Below are positions 15,440 to 29,390 of a stretch of 64,000 bases of DNA, piece after piece. How positions within the stretch are numbered: position 1 is the first letter of the stretch; each line of letters begins with the position of its first letter. Source of the stretch: Negaprion brevirostris (Eukaryota); assembly GCA_030324005.1 (NCBI GenBank), contig JARDVH010000025.1, positions 67,170,687 through 67,234,686 on the forward strand. Direction: 5' to 3'. Under the pieces are notes generated by a model that made no database searches, was not told where the DNA came from, and was given only the letters and a program-made list of their open reading frames with translations. Both the position numbers and the translations under genes were made by a program.

Positions 15440-15928
15440 TTAAAACTCTGTTTCCTGTGTCTTTGCACAAAGTCTCATTCACCTATCGCCCCTATGTTTG
15501 CTGGCCTGTATGCCCTGGTTAAGCAAAGTTCATTGGCCTACATAGACTCCAGGTCTAGCAAAGCCTGAACAGTCTCACACCTCCCCATCTCTCACAACTC
15601 CCTATCTCCTCATGCTCAGCATCTCTCCAAGATCCCTGACTTCAAGCAATTCGAACCTCTTGAGCATCCCCAATTTTAATAGCTCTACTGACAGCCATGA
15701 CTTCTCAGCTGCCTCAGCCCCAAGCTCTGAAACTCCTCCTTAAACTTCTCTGCCTCTCTCTCCTGTTTTAAGATGTTTCTTAAAACCTATCTCTTTGGCC
15801 AAGATTTTGGTCACCTTTCTCAATGTCCTTATGTGGCGCAGTATAAAATTCTGTTTGATAAAACTCATGTGAAGTGCTTTGTGATGTAATACTATTATAT
15901 GTCATAAGGATGCAAGTTGTTGTTGTTC
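15440..15928 (+). mobile_element. L2 LINE 3' end
   Basis: aaaacctatctctttggccaag...tgtgaagtgctttg...atgcaagttgttgttgt tail. Confidence 0.65.
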
Positions 15929-18234
15929 TGCCTGAAAAGCAGCTGACTTCACACATCAGGAGTCAAACCTGAGAACTTCCTGATCTGTTTGGCTCATTTT
16001 CAACCCACAGGGTGCAATTATCATCCACTGAGTTGTCGTGATGTTTGTGTACTAAGAAATGCTTTTAACAGGTAACTTGTGGAATTATTACATTAAACTA
16101 TAATGTGACAGGCTTCAACAGAGATACCGTAATAAAACTCTTGCAATAATTTGAAAAAGAGGTATTCAAAATCTAAAAGAAAAAAATGGTGCGTATTTAA
16201 GAAGCCCACACAAGTTGTGGCACAGCCTCACATGACCAGTATATCACTCCCCAGGACCTATTGCCCAGATCTGTTCCTGAAATGCTTCCAGTGAGTGCGT
16301 GCGCAGGGACCCCTTCAGAGAGAATAGAATGAATCGGAAAGACATATGGAAACACTTTCATTGAACTGTTTCCATGAAATTTTTAATGAGCCAAAGCCCT
16401 TAGATGTGGTTCAATGCCTTAAATTAGCAAAATAAGAAAGTACAAATCCTCTTTCCCTTTCAATCCATACTCTGCTTTAAAAAAAATTAAAAACCACTAA
16501 TTGCTTGTGGTTCAACAACAGAAAGACATTAAAACAGGACCTTCCTCCTAAAAATAGCAGCAATTCTCTTCAAATTCCTATTCAGAATCGATAGTCTTTC
16601 TCCCAGTCAGATTGTCTCCTTGAGGCACATAATGCAATTTTTCATGTTGAAACAGGTGGGAGGGTTCAAAACTTAACTAGGCGAATGGTTGATTAAAATT
16701 GCTGCTATTGATGATTCATTTTGCCAGAACCTGAACTGAAAGGCCTTGTGGACATGACCAACTATTATATGTTGGCTTACAGTAATAGAATTAAAAATAA
16801 TCAGGAGTCAGTCACTGCTCATTGAATCTGGGCATTCAAATTTAATTGCATTTATATTTTGGAATAAGACAACAAGTTTAACAGATGAATTAAAAACAGG
16901 TGGAGGTGTCCTGTTAAATAGCAAGTAAGCTGCTTGAACTCGTCATAAATTCCCACCCTCTGCTTTTAGGCATTACACAGTGTGACATTCCAACTTGCCA
17001 AAGGGTCTGAGGAGGACAAGACAGTCTGTCTGAAGCTCATTTCCTTTTTTTGGTCAATTTGTAGTGTAAAATTCACACAGGAAGATGTAAAGAAATCTAC
17101 TTTCCACTTAGCTAATCTGTTGGTTATGCAGCCAATACATAGAAGGCAGAGGAGATCAATTACAAGGACGAATGAAATACGTCCCCTGTCCGCTTCAATG
17201 TAACTAATTATATTATAAAAATCTCATATTTGTCTCTGGAAAAGGCACTGTAAAATTGCAGCTAAATTTCTACACGTTCCATGAAAAACACTTGCTAATT
17301 TTACAGTGTTGTCCTTATTTGATTACTATAATTATTTTGAAGTCCCAAAGTCAGAATGTGGCCAATGTGAAAAAGAGAATGTGCTGATTTAATTTCCTTA
17401 TTACTTTATATTGTTAGTTGGAGGCACTCCCTTCTGAGTACAAAATATACCCTTTAGCTTTCTTCTATCCTATACAGCAAGGGCAATCAATTGTAAAATA
17501 CATGTCATGAAGGGAAGTTGAGAGACTACACTATACAGAGATACGTCATACCAGCTCACATTCTAAAACTATTAATAATCATTATAAATCATTAATCCAC
17601 TTGAAGGGAACTTTTTGAAAGTCAACTAGTTAAATATTCACTATACTAATATGTAAACTTTTGTCTTTTGGAAAATAATCATTATGCTCAAATTGTTCTA
17701 GTTAACAACTGTGCAGAGGATTTCTGCCCCTTTGTCTACATATTGAAGGTTTTCTATATCTTCGCTGCAGCTAAACTCTGACAACTGGTAGCTGACATAT
17801 GTTCCCCTTTCAGAACCAGTCAAATCTATTTGTAGTCTTCTGTTCCATTGAATAAAGCGGTCAGCAGAGGAGTTGAGATTGAGGCTAAAGGCCCAATTTA
17901 TGAACTTTGGAAGGTTCCTCAATAGCAGCATGCATTTGTAAAAGTCACAATTTTCCTTCCTGGCTTCATGATGGTGCTGAACCTTGAAGTATTATCATTC
18001 AACTCGCATTAATGGAAGATTTAATCCTCCGATTTGCTAAGTTCCTGATTTGAGCTATGCTGGTCCTGAAGTTTTTGATTAGTAATGACAATATCTTCTA
18101 GCTAGTCCATACCTCAGTCCTTCCAGCAGGCTACCAAATGGCAGAGGACTAGGAGATAAAGGATCATCCACCAACCTATCATTAAAGGTACAAATCAAGC
18201 GGACCATTTTAATTGGCAAATACAAATCTACACT

Positions 18235-18500
18235 GTTTGATTGAGGCATTGCCCATGCATTCCCTATGGCAACATCTTGACCAAACATAGTCGACTTACT
18301 ATTTTGTGATTTGAAATAAATGCTTAGGGAATAACTGTTCCCTGGCACATTTTACATGGAAACATCTCGACCAATCATAGTCCACTTGCCAAACAATCAA
18401 CACCCTTTTTCTCATGCAGTAGAAATTGTTGTTCCCTTTGAAATTTGGTATTCTTGTGTTTGTCCTGATGAGTGCATGATAAAAGGCTTTGATAGCATAG
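18235..18500 (+). mobile_element. repeat with decayed minimal hammerhead-like motif (Penelope-associated type)
   Basis: ccaatcatagtccacttgccaaacaatcaacac matches the reverse complement of ~54760-54792; tgtc-CTGATGA at 18461-18471. Confidence 0.55.
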
Positions 18501-20427
18501 CTGCAACTCTACCACTTCACTCACCACAGAATTGGAGCGGGTGAGGGTCAGACAGTGGAAATCTCTATTGACCTCAGGTGGGAAATATTGGTCTCGCTTG
18601 CGCGAGGCCATAAATTCCGCCCAATTATGTCTTTTCTCAGTAGTTTCTTTTTCTCTTCTTTAGATAACTACAGCAATACAGAGAAAGTTTCAACTTGTTC
18701 AACTTCAGCACTTTTACGCAGATGACAGTTAGACCAATGTGTCTCCACTAATCTACTTCAGGACAATGCACCTGCCACAAAACATTTAAAGTCTGTTTGA
18801 AATATTGAAAGCCCCAAGCTCTGGCTCAATTTGTGGCTTTAGGATCTCAGGGTAATGATGCAAGCTGCATGATTTGTTTCAGGCAATAGGAAACATTGAT
18901 GAGATCTCAAACAGATGTCATTGGAAGTGCACAAATTTGCAAATCCGAATGTGAACAGATAATTTCTGATTTAATGTTGGCATTAATCTTTATGTTAACT
19001 TTCTCTGCTGATGACAAGAAAAAATAAAAATAACTATTAGTCTATGGGGATGGATTTACCTCCTTTGAAGAAAGAGGGTCAAAGTGCAATTTCTGCCCTT
19101 TGGCCCATCTCCATCATGAGTTTCACTCATTTTCCTCCAACAGAACTCTTTCTGCATTCAAGATTGGACCAATCTGAATCCCAACCAGCAAGAGAGCCTA
19201 CTACTGCTGGAAGAGGGACATAAGTCTTTGGTGATGCAAGTACCCAATGAAAATTTTCATTTTAGATCTTGTGGTAAGCTAAGGCCTAATATATGGCCTG
19301 CAGAAAGGGAGATGTACCCACTATCTCCCCGAATCTGCTCAGAATAGTCCATTGCATATTGGAAGACAGGGTTTGAATGTGGAAAATTGCATTTGGCGAA
19401 GCAGTGTTCAAGTTAGTCAATAGTATTCTTTTGAGACTGAAAGTTTATCAAAGGAGAAGTATGAGTAAAAACATGAACAATAATAAGGACAGTTAATCCC
19501 TTCCCCTAAGGTTTAATTGTGCATCAATGTACATAATGAACGTTCTGGTCATGGCCTTATTTAGATTGAGTGCTTCATTTTCACAGTTTGTGCATGGAGA
19601 TACTGGCTCTGAATTTCCCAGAAGATTTCCTGATTTCCTGTTGTTCCTTCATGTCAGCACAACTGCCAGTGTAACACCATAAATGATATTTTTGTCAATC
19701 TCCTGCCAAAGTTACAGCATGAAATCGGGCAAACCCTTACAGAAATTTGGTGGCAACATTAGTACAATTTACACTTTATATTATGCACCATTATTAATGC
19801 AAACACAGGCACATTTTGATTCAATTTGTGCCCAATCTAGGGGAAAACAATTGAATGCAGAATGCCACTAAATAATTGTTTAATTGCACCATATGGTAAA
19901 TTATCAGTGCCGCTTTCGTTGTCACCTTGGAGGACACAGCAGCTGGGAAAGGCTGCTACCTGGGAAAAGCTTCTTTCAAATAAGTGATCTGGAATTCTAA
20001 TCAGTTAATATAATTAGGTGTGGCACAATGCTACCCTAAAGAAAACCTAGCACAGCAGACTCTTAAGGCCCCGACATTATACTGTGCCATTGACCCAGGT
20101 AAAGCAAAGTAAAACTTCCTGTTTTGGTGGCACGTTAGAAACTATCTTTTCACAGTTGCTCAAGGTGCAGGATGCTTTTCACAGAGATTGCAATTTTAAA
20201 TAGAGGTTATTTTCAGGGACTATGAAAGGAGCATTCAACCAGCCTCAAGGCAAGTCAAATGCTGCACCTAATAACATAATATGTAGACTTTTCTATAATT
20301 GACTGTAGATTATTTCTCAATTAGCCTGCAGTGATGCCTTGATAGTTACCCACACATGAAAGCATCGCCCGAAAACAACTGAAGGGTTGCAGTTGCTACC
20401 GTGATAAAATCTGCCAAAAAACATATT

Positions 20428-22318
20428 GGGCAGGATTTTTAAAAATTGACAGGGCTAGGATCAGAAGTAGGTCTGCAATTTTGGGTTTGTTGGACCATCC
20501 CAACCCTGAGCCATTTTTGAGAAGGTTAGGTTGGTGGCAGAACAGATGCCTGCCTACAAGTGTTGGGTAACCACCTGAGGTAACCAAGGGACCTATTAAG
20601 GCAGCTCTCCTGCACCCTGAGTGGAATTTTTCAGTTGGCAGGTAGGTCCTACACTGTAACTGAAACATGGCCAGTGAGAGGGTGGTCCTTGATTAATTAT
20701 TTACATATACATCCCATCATTCAACGTGACAAACACCATAAGTAAGACCATGGGCAAACCTTCTGGTATTTACTCTAAGGCTGGAATCCTCTGGTCTTCC
20801 GTCAGTGAGTATCTCGGCAGCGAGAGTTGGTGCTAGCAGTGGGATCTTCTGCTTCTGCTGCTGTCAGATTTCTCACTGAAGCCACCCCTCGGCACTGGGA
20901 TGAGAAATACACTGTGTATTCAATGGGAAATACACTGCTGGGGGGACCAGAGAATCCACCACTAGCAAACAGCTTCCGGCTGCACCATTGGCTTTTCTTG
21001 CCAGATGATGCAGCACTCAGAGTAAAGAAATTCTGCAGTGCCTCTGATGCCATTATGCTGGTGGGATGGGACCTGATGGCTCTGCAGAGATTGAAGAGCA
21101 GCCCAGTCTGTGAGATAACAAACACCTCTCCCCTCTCCCACCCCTGGAAAAGAGGCAAACCCCCTCCCACAGTAAAGGGGAACTCCCCCTGCCAATGGAG
21201 CTTCCAAGAGGGGCCCCTGATGTCATGTCAGCGAGGATCACTGTTGGTCTCCACAGGCATCATGGCTGCACTGGGGATCAGAGGGCTTTGAAACTCCCCG
21301 GGTGGTTGCGGGAATGGCCGGGTAGTGTCCACTGGGCAGTGCCAGCCTGGTAGTGCCCACCTGGCAGCCTGGCAATGCCCACCTGACACCTTTGCACTGT
21401 TCACCTCGCACCCTGGTGATGTCTGGTTTTGCACCATAAGTGTGCCAGGGATTGTGCCCTAAGTGGGAATGGAGCCTGAGTGGGGCTATTACTGGAGAGG
21501 GAGGAGATATGCACAATGACAGGGGGCTTATGCAGAGGGAAGCTCTGAAAGAGAGTTGGCACTGCAAGGAGATGATCTACAAAGGAAGGATTCTGCAAAG
21601 GGAGGTCGTACAAAGTGGTCTGTCATGGGCCTCATTGGGACGAAACTGATGCCCTGATGCCAGTGACCTATGTTGGTTTCGGGGGAGAACATGCTGCCTA
21701 TGATGGGGGGAGCCTGATGTCTGTAGAGAGGGGGTGGTGAGAGGAGGTCTCACAATTCACTAAAAGATCAGGGCATCCTGCAAATGATGCCTGAGTGTAC
21801 TGCAGTCAGCTTATTAAACAAAGAACAATCCAGCATGGGAAACAGGCCCTTCGGCCCAACGAGCCCGCGCCGCCATCACCCTACACCTATTCTACCCTGC
21901 GTGTCTNNNNNNNNNNNNNNNNNNNNNNNNNNNNNNNNNNNNNNNNNNNNNNNNNNNNNNNNNNNNNNNNNNNNNNNNNNNNNNNNNNNNNNNNNNNNNN
22001 NNNNNNATAGAACCTTAACAGTGCAGAACAGGCCATTTGGCCCATTGAGCCCGCACTGATAACAATCCGACCAAGGCCCCATCTCCATAACCCCACGTAT
22101 TTACTCTGCCAATCTCCCTGACCCTAAGGGACAATTTACCATGGCCAATCAACCTAACCTTTCTAGGTGGGAACCTTGTTTCATCATCGGTTGTCAGGCA
22201 GAGAAAGATCAGAAAACGAGATCTCGCCTCCGAGATTCATATTTCAGAAGTTTTGTGAGATTTCCTGCCAGAATCACCATTTTCGCCTGCGGTGAATGCC
22301 AGCAGCAAATCCTGGCCC
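20428..22318. mobile_element. composite of MITE-like TIR elements with nested SINE/CR1 tails
   Basis: gggcaggatttt ... aaatcctggccc termini; SINE tail fragments at ~21820-22160. Confidence 0.45.
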
Positions 22319-23756
22319 AGGATTTGCTTCTGTGACAAGGTTATTCAACGATTTGTTTCATTTCTGTATTGTTGCCTGCTACATTGTCCTAGGTCACTGT
22401 TAGCCTAGACTGAATCATCTGTAAATGAGGAATTACTGTGGTTACATTACCACAACTCAAGCCCCACTATCTGCAAACATGTGGTACATAACAAGAAAGG
22501 GGTTTCTGTAGTGGTGCTGAGTGAGCCTCTGTTTACCCAGTCATGGATTCTGAACTAATCTGGAGTGAAATTATATTAAGTTATTACTTGTGACTTTAGA
22601 GGGAGCCTAAAGTGCCTTTTGCCGCCATCATTCTTCATATGGAACTATTTTATTCCGTACAGAACCTGGAAGAGATTTGGGCCAGTCAATAGGAGGTTTA
22701 TTGGAGATTCAAAACAGCAATTGCTTAACAATGTGCTACTTGTAAAGTTTTTTTTCATGCTTTAAAAATATCACTGAACCAAACAACTTAAATGTGTTCT
22801 AAATATAACATACAGATCAAATGCAACAGCTGCTGTACGGCAATGCTCTCTCATCTGCTTTTATTTCAATATATAATATGCAAAATGTTTTTCATCTAAC
22901 ACTGTAAGCTAACTTTTCTTTTAAAAGGGAGTTATTTTAATGAACTGAAAATGCTGATTCTTTCATGCTGTCCTATATGGTGCCATAAAACAAATTGTCC
23001 TCAAAGGACTTGTAATTAAACTCTTTGTAAAAGTAAAGATTATTGTTTTGCTCCATTGAAAAGTATTCTCGAGTTAAAGGAATGTTTACTTTCTATTTCA
23101 TAGCAATGGAAAACGATTTTGATAAGAAAAACATGATAAAAATCTGTTGGATATTTTCATTAGTTTGAAACTATGTCCTGTTTTAGCAGAGAACATCCCA
23201 TTGACTAATCTATTCTAGCCACGTACAAATCAATCGATAAATGAATCCTGCACAATCTCTTTATCAACAAATCCAAGTACTTGAATTGCAACGTTTTGTA
23301 TAAAAATCAGTCAAATCAAATGTTTGAGAGGCCACACATACTGCATTATTGATNNNNNTTTACTGAAGTAGTTTGTGCATATTTTGCTGTCTCTGCAAGT
23401 CTGACAGTAATAGGCTGTGCTCCATATATTGTGCATACGAATGAATCATGAGATCACCCAACTGTATAATGCCAAAGGGAAATGGATGGCTGGAGAAGTT
23501 GACTGAAGTCTATTGGCACTGTTCTTTGACTTGTAAGCAGAAGGCTCCTATTAACAAAAATTCACAAAGGGCAGAGGCATGTTTGACGTACTTCTTTTTT
23601 TCTCTCTTCCAATTTGCCTTTTTTCCTCTTCCTGCCTTGAATATACTGCCTGCTGCTGGGATAGAGTTCCATTGGTGTTGGCAGCACTTTAGCACTTCAT
23701 TCTACTGGGTGCTCTCCATGTGTTAATAAACTATTTGGTTGTGTAGGGGAGGAGGG

Positions 23757-24065
23757 TATCATAGAATCATAGAATCCCTGCAGTGCAGAAGGAAGCCATT
23801 TGTTCTATCGAGCCTACACCTATAATAATCCCATCCAGGCCCTTTCCCAGTAACCCCACATATTTACCCTGCTAATCCCACTGACACTAAGGGACAATTT
23901 AGCATGGCCAATCAGCCTAACCTACATACCTTTGGACTATGAGAGGAAACCCACACATACATGGGGAAAACATGCAAATTTCACATAATCATCCAAGGCC
24001 GGAATTAAACCCAGGTCCCTAGTGCTGAGACAGCAGTGCTAACCACTGTGTCATCATACCACCCC
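23757..24065 (-). mobile_element. tRNA-derived V-SINE (HE1-like) with CR1-type tail
   Basis: Reverse complement of the 50601 copy; (atagaatc)n tail. Confidence 0.85.
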
Positions 24066-25379
24066 ATGTATTCTTTCCAATGGGAGCCACTCTGCCAATG
24101 CCCACTTCCCCATTCCATCCCACCATCCAGCAGAGACATTGACAATTTGTAATGCTGATACAATTAGTAAATATAGATTTTCATTTAAAAATTCAAGTTG
24201 GGCACAGTAGTGAACTATCAAAAAAAAAAATTTATAAGCAGAAGCTACATCTAATTCAAATAACATGAAAGAAAAAGGTCCTAAAATTATTGAACTGTTC
24301 TGCGGCACCTCGGCCATAGGTTGAGGAGGAGTTCACCAGAACGGCTGCTATCTCAGCCAGAACTGAAATGCTTTGCTTTCCCGCTTTAAGGTAGATTTTC
24401 TGGGATGGCCTTGTGGGAGCAGTAGGTTCTGTGCCACAGGCCTCATTTGGGACTCAAAGAAGCATCAGTGCATGCAGGTATATCTAACTTCGGTTTACCT
24501 AAACAAAACTGTTGCAAGTGGAGCTTACTTAGGGATGCAATCCGGAAATCCTCCATAATCCTTTTCCTGGTGGATGGCCAGTTTCTGGAGGTATTTTTGA
24601 GATATTTTGTGGGGTGTATATGATAGATACGTTCTCCCATCCCACCCCTCAACCTAGGTGGCAGAGGTGGACATCTATTCTTGATGTAAATGCCAGGATT
24701 GCCCTACAGTGAATGTTATGTGTTAGTTGTTGCTAATGTTTTTCTTTCTTTCTTCCCATTATTTATCCCTGATCTGTTCAGGACAGCTGAGCCATGACAG
24801 ATGAACAACCTGGTTTCTCAGATTTACCATTTCTATTCTGCAGCTGCCAGTGACAGAGGACTTCAGAAATAGATTCCAGTTTGATTGATCTTTCTTCTCT
24901 GTAGGCAGTTTCTAGGTATCGGCACAAACCATTCTCCATCACAACTGATCGATGGGTCAGTCTGGATGTGGAATTGTGGCAGCAAGATTATAATCTATGG
25001 ATCAGGTAGGTGGTTTTGGAACTCTGAGTTGCTCCCAATGATTGGACATATCACAAGACTGGCTGCCTTCTAAACAACAACTATCATGTTGGTTGAATAA
25101 GTCTTAGCTTCTGAGGTGAAAGTCTCAAATAAAATAAAAGCACTTTTAGAGAGTGTGAAATGTCTGAGGACACACAGTTTAGTATGGAGAATGAATGAAA
25201 GAATCCTCCTAATCATATTCATTGGACTTTTCTTGTTTCATAGAATTTTTAGAAAAGAATGATTCAAACAATGTTTGCTTTCAAAAATACGAATGCACTT
25301 CACCACAATGCAAATTTGCAATTGTTAAGGAACTGGTATAGGAATTAATAANNNNNNNNNNNNNNNNNNNNNNNNNNNN

Positions 25380-26200
25380 GACCTGTTGATTAAAAATGTT
25401 TAGGGGAATGAACGATAATAATCTGATAGAATTCTTCATCAAGATATAGACAGTGGCATAGTTGATTCCGAGCTAGGGTCCGAAATCTTAATAAAGGAAA
25501 CTACAATGGCATGAGACGCAAGCTGGCTTTAATGGATTGGAAAATGTTACTTAAAGAGGTGACGATGGATAGGCAATGGCAAACATTCAAAGAGGTCATG
25601 GGCGAATAGCAACAATTGTTCATTCCTGTCTGGCACACAAGTAAATTGGGAAAAGTGGTCAAACTATGGGCCACAAAAGAATTTAGAGAGAATATTAGGT
25701 CCAAGGAAGAGGCATACAGGTTGGCCAGAAAAAAAACAACAGATCTGAGGATTGGGAGAAGTTTAGAATTCAGCAAAGAAGAAACAAGGATTAAGAAGGG
25801 AAAAATTGAATACAAGAGGAAACTTGTAGGAACATAAAAACTGACTGTAAAAGTTTTTGTAGGTAAATGAAAAGAGAAAGATTGGAGAAAACAAATGTAG
25901 GTCCTTTAGTTTGCAACAGAGGAATTTATAAATGGGCAACAAAGAAATGGCTGACCAACTAAATACATATTTTGGTTCAGTTTTCACACGGGAGGATACA
26001 AATAACATACCAGAAATGTTGGGGATCACAGGATTTAATGAGAAGGAGTCGCTGAAGGAAATCAGTATTAGTAGAGCAATGCTGTTGAGGAAACTGATGG
26101 GATTGAAGGCTGATAAATCCCCAGAGTACTTAAGGAAGTGGCCCTAAAAATAGTGTATGCATTGGTGGTCAGTCAGTCACTGGAAATTGAAATACCCTGA
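25380..26200 (+). mobile_element. CR1 LINE ORF2 fragment (decayed)
   Basis: MGNKEMADQLNTYFGSVFTRED...LMGLKADKSP. Confidence 0.85.
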
Positions 26201-26205
26201 GGTAG

Positions 26206-26497
26206 GGGTGACATGGTGGCACAGTGATTAGCACTGCTGTCTCACAGTGCCAGGGACCAGGGTTCAATTCCCATATTGGGTCACTGTCCATGCAGAATCT
26301 GTATGTTCTCCCCGTGTCTGTGTGGGTTTCCTTTGGGTCTTTCGGTTTCCTCCCACATGCTGGTTAGGTGCATTGGCCATGCTAAATTCTCCCTCAGTGT
26401 ACCCAAACAGGTGCTGGAGTGTGGCAACTCGGGGATTCTCACAGTAACTTCATTGCAGTGCCAATGTAAGCCTACTTGTGACGAATAAATAAATAAA
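26206..26497 (+). mobile_element. tRNA-derived V-SINE, alternative tail
   Basis: A box tggcacagtgatt, B box ggttcaattcc, core tgtgggtttcc; tail gtaacttcattgcagtg...aataaataaa. Confidence 0.85.
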
Positions 26498-26964
26498 CGT
26501 TTACTAAAACTTTTGTTATCAGTTTCTATGTGGATTGCACCAAATGGATCCCATTAACTTTGGGAGCTAGGGCAAGTTACCTTTTTCTTTTAGCATGTTG
26601 TGGTCATTTTATTCAGGATGCTGCTGATTGCTTTAAAAAGTTGTGGATTGTCTCAGCTGCTGTGCAGTATTTGGCATAGCTGTGAAAATGTGAACAGAGT
26701 TTTCAGACCAGGCTGTTTGATATGGATTAGCTTGAAGCCTTCTCAAGGAGATGGAAGTTCTTGATAAAAACTTTCTTTACAGCTTTGTAGTTACAAAGCA
26801 TCAACCAGGCAAGAAAAAGCCTCAAAGAATAGTTATGTAATAACAATAACATTGAATAACACAGTATGGCAGAGCTATGCACTCTACTGAATGCCCTCTT
26901 TACTTGTTATTGTTTTATATGTTATTGCTGAAATAACTGAATTCCTGTAACAAGTAAAACATCA

Positions 26965-27489
26965 GGGATTGAATTTTGTTCTTGCTAACAGGTTTTCAGG
27001 CTAGTGTGGCCTGCAAAGTTTCCTGGATGGTCTTCCCGTAACCCTCCCATCTGCTCCCTAGGTTGGTCCACTCACCCTCATCCAATTAAGATCCTTAAGT
27101 AGCCACAGTTTCGAGGTTGGCAGGAAGATCTCATATTCAGGTCACCGTTTTTGGGCCTTAGGCAGAAAGGCACAGGGGGCTGTGTTGGGGGTTGTTCCTT
27201 GGGGTAGGGGGAAGTGTTGTGTGGTGGGTGATTTGTGAGGTGAAAGGGTGTTCTGAGTCTGTGGCGGGAGCTCTGTAAAGGTGGGAATTCTTTGCTGGGG
27301 GTTTCCATTCTTTTTTTCCAAATGGGGCATCCTGATCTTTTAAAAGCCTAGGTTGCTGGTGGGTTGGGCTTAGAGTAGTTTTCTTTCATTGAGTGCTTAA
27401 AAATATGATGGAGGAAGCCACCCTTCAGGCTGGTGGCTTTGATCCCATTTTTCCCTCCCACTCTGCAAAATAATGAGAAAATTCTGCCC
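26965..27489. mobile_element. MITE-like TIR element (PIF/Harbinger-like)
   Basis: gggattgaatttt ... aaaattctgccc. Confidence 0.5.
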
Positions 27490-27492
27490 TAT

Positions 27493-28409
27493 GGGCTTGA
27501 TTTTCATTCACCTGTGCGGGTGAAGTGAAGTCCAGGCACATATCCACCATGGTGCTCCCAAATGGCTTGTCAGTGTCCTAATGCTTCCAGAATGTGCTGC
27601 AGTTTACAAACTGAGAGCGGGGGAAGCTGGCAACACATTCACCTCTACTTAAACATAAGAACATAAGAAATAGGAGCAGGAGTAGGCCATCCAGCCCTTC
27701 GAGCCTGCCCCGCCATTCAATAAGNNNNNNNNNNNNNNNNNNNNNNNNNNNNNNNNNNNNNNNNNNNNNNNNNNNNNNNNNNNNNNNNNNNNNNNNNNNN
27801 NNNNNNNNNNNNNNNNNNNNNNNNGGTTTTTAACAGGTAATTTCTTATCTGTCTCTCTGCTCCTTCACTCGTCTGCTCCAGCACACAATAATAACAAAGC
27901 ACCTTCAAAAACTTATTCATGGGTTGGAGAGGGATACAGGAAATTTTCAAATCTGAGAAGGGGAGGAGTGAATGATGTGGAGCACATTGGCACACATATG
28001 TCAAGCACAGCAGCATGCATTGTCGCTGCTGATTTAAAACTTTGGAAAAAAAGTGAAATTCTAACTGAGGCGCTCAAGCTGCGGCACAAAGTTACCATTG
28101 CTTGAGCAGGGGAGGCGAAGAACTTTCTGACTAACTGGTTGCTTGGACACTGCAATGGCTGGCTGCTCTCCTGCTTGTTCCATTCTGCAAAGCAACAGAA
28201 AGCCCAGTCATGGCTGCTGCCTGCCTCTGAGATTTGTTCTCCAGTGTCAATTCCTGCCTCCAGGCAGCACATGACACCTCTAATTGGGCACTGAGCTGGC
28301 CCCATGCCCAGATAGGAGCTTTGCATTAAAAAATAATGTTGTGACATAGGGGTGGTTGGTATTCTGGAATGATCCATGCATTAGATTCCCTGGATTGAAA
28401 ATCCAGCCC
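27493..28409. mobile_element. MITE-like TIR element with nested CR1 tail and gap
   Basis: gggcttgattttc ... gaaaatccagccc. Confidence 0.5.
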
Positions 28410-29059
28410 CATGGCAGCGAAAGAAACTTCAATGTCACAGGAATAAAGGTACTCAAATGTCATGAGGTGCTTAATTATATCATTAATGATACACTATTAA
28501 ACAAACATTTAAAATATAATTTAAAATGATGCTGACCAGTTTCATTTAATTCACACCTTAGGAACCATTATTATTCATGTGTGAACCGTAACTGCAAGTG
28601 AGTCTGGCTATTCAACTGTCTGAACATTACACCTTAATCCAACACCATCTTCATTTGCTGTTCGTTTAGGCACTTCCTGCAGGGGCTACTGAATAAGGAT
28701 CAGGAAGAGGAACCTTACTTGACTTCTCCCTTCTTAACTCAGATTTTTAAAAAATATATGATTTGTGCCATGACCAAAGAATTACTACACTAGAGGGAAC
28801 AACTTTGATGGATCAAACAGTCTTTTTATATCCCTGGCATTTCTTATATTCTCACATCTGGTGCACCCATATCTTTTTCTGCAATTCTCGTAGAAATTTA
28901 TGTCATTTATTATCTTTTAACATTTAATTCTCAACACGCATACGCAACTTTAATAATTCTGTGCAATAGAAATCATGTAGCTCTGGTAACCTCGGAAACA
29001 TTTTGCCTGCATCCATATTCCTATAAAGAATTCTGCAAAACACAGAGATCTTTCTAGGA

Positions 29060-29390
29060 ATATCATAGAAACTAGAAGGTGGACTAGTCCATGTGGCCCT
29101 TTGAACCTGCTCCCCCATTCATCTTGATCATCAAATTAATTCAATGTCTTGATCCTGCCTTCCCCCTTATCCCTTGAGCCCCAAAGAGCTATAACTAATT
29201 TCTTCTTAAAATCACACAATGTTTTGCCCTCAGCTACTTTCTGTTGCAGTAAATTCCTCAGATTCACCACTCTCAGGGTGAAGAAATTTCTCCTCGCCCC
29301 AGTTCTAAAATGTTTATCCCTTATCTTCAAACTATGACCACTAGTTATGGACTTCCCCACCATGGGGAACATTCTTTCTGAATCTAACAG
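29060..29390 (-). mobile_element. CR1 LINE 3' end
   Basis: RMFPMVGKSITSGHSLKIRDKHFRTGARRNFFTLRVVNL. Confidence 0.85.
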
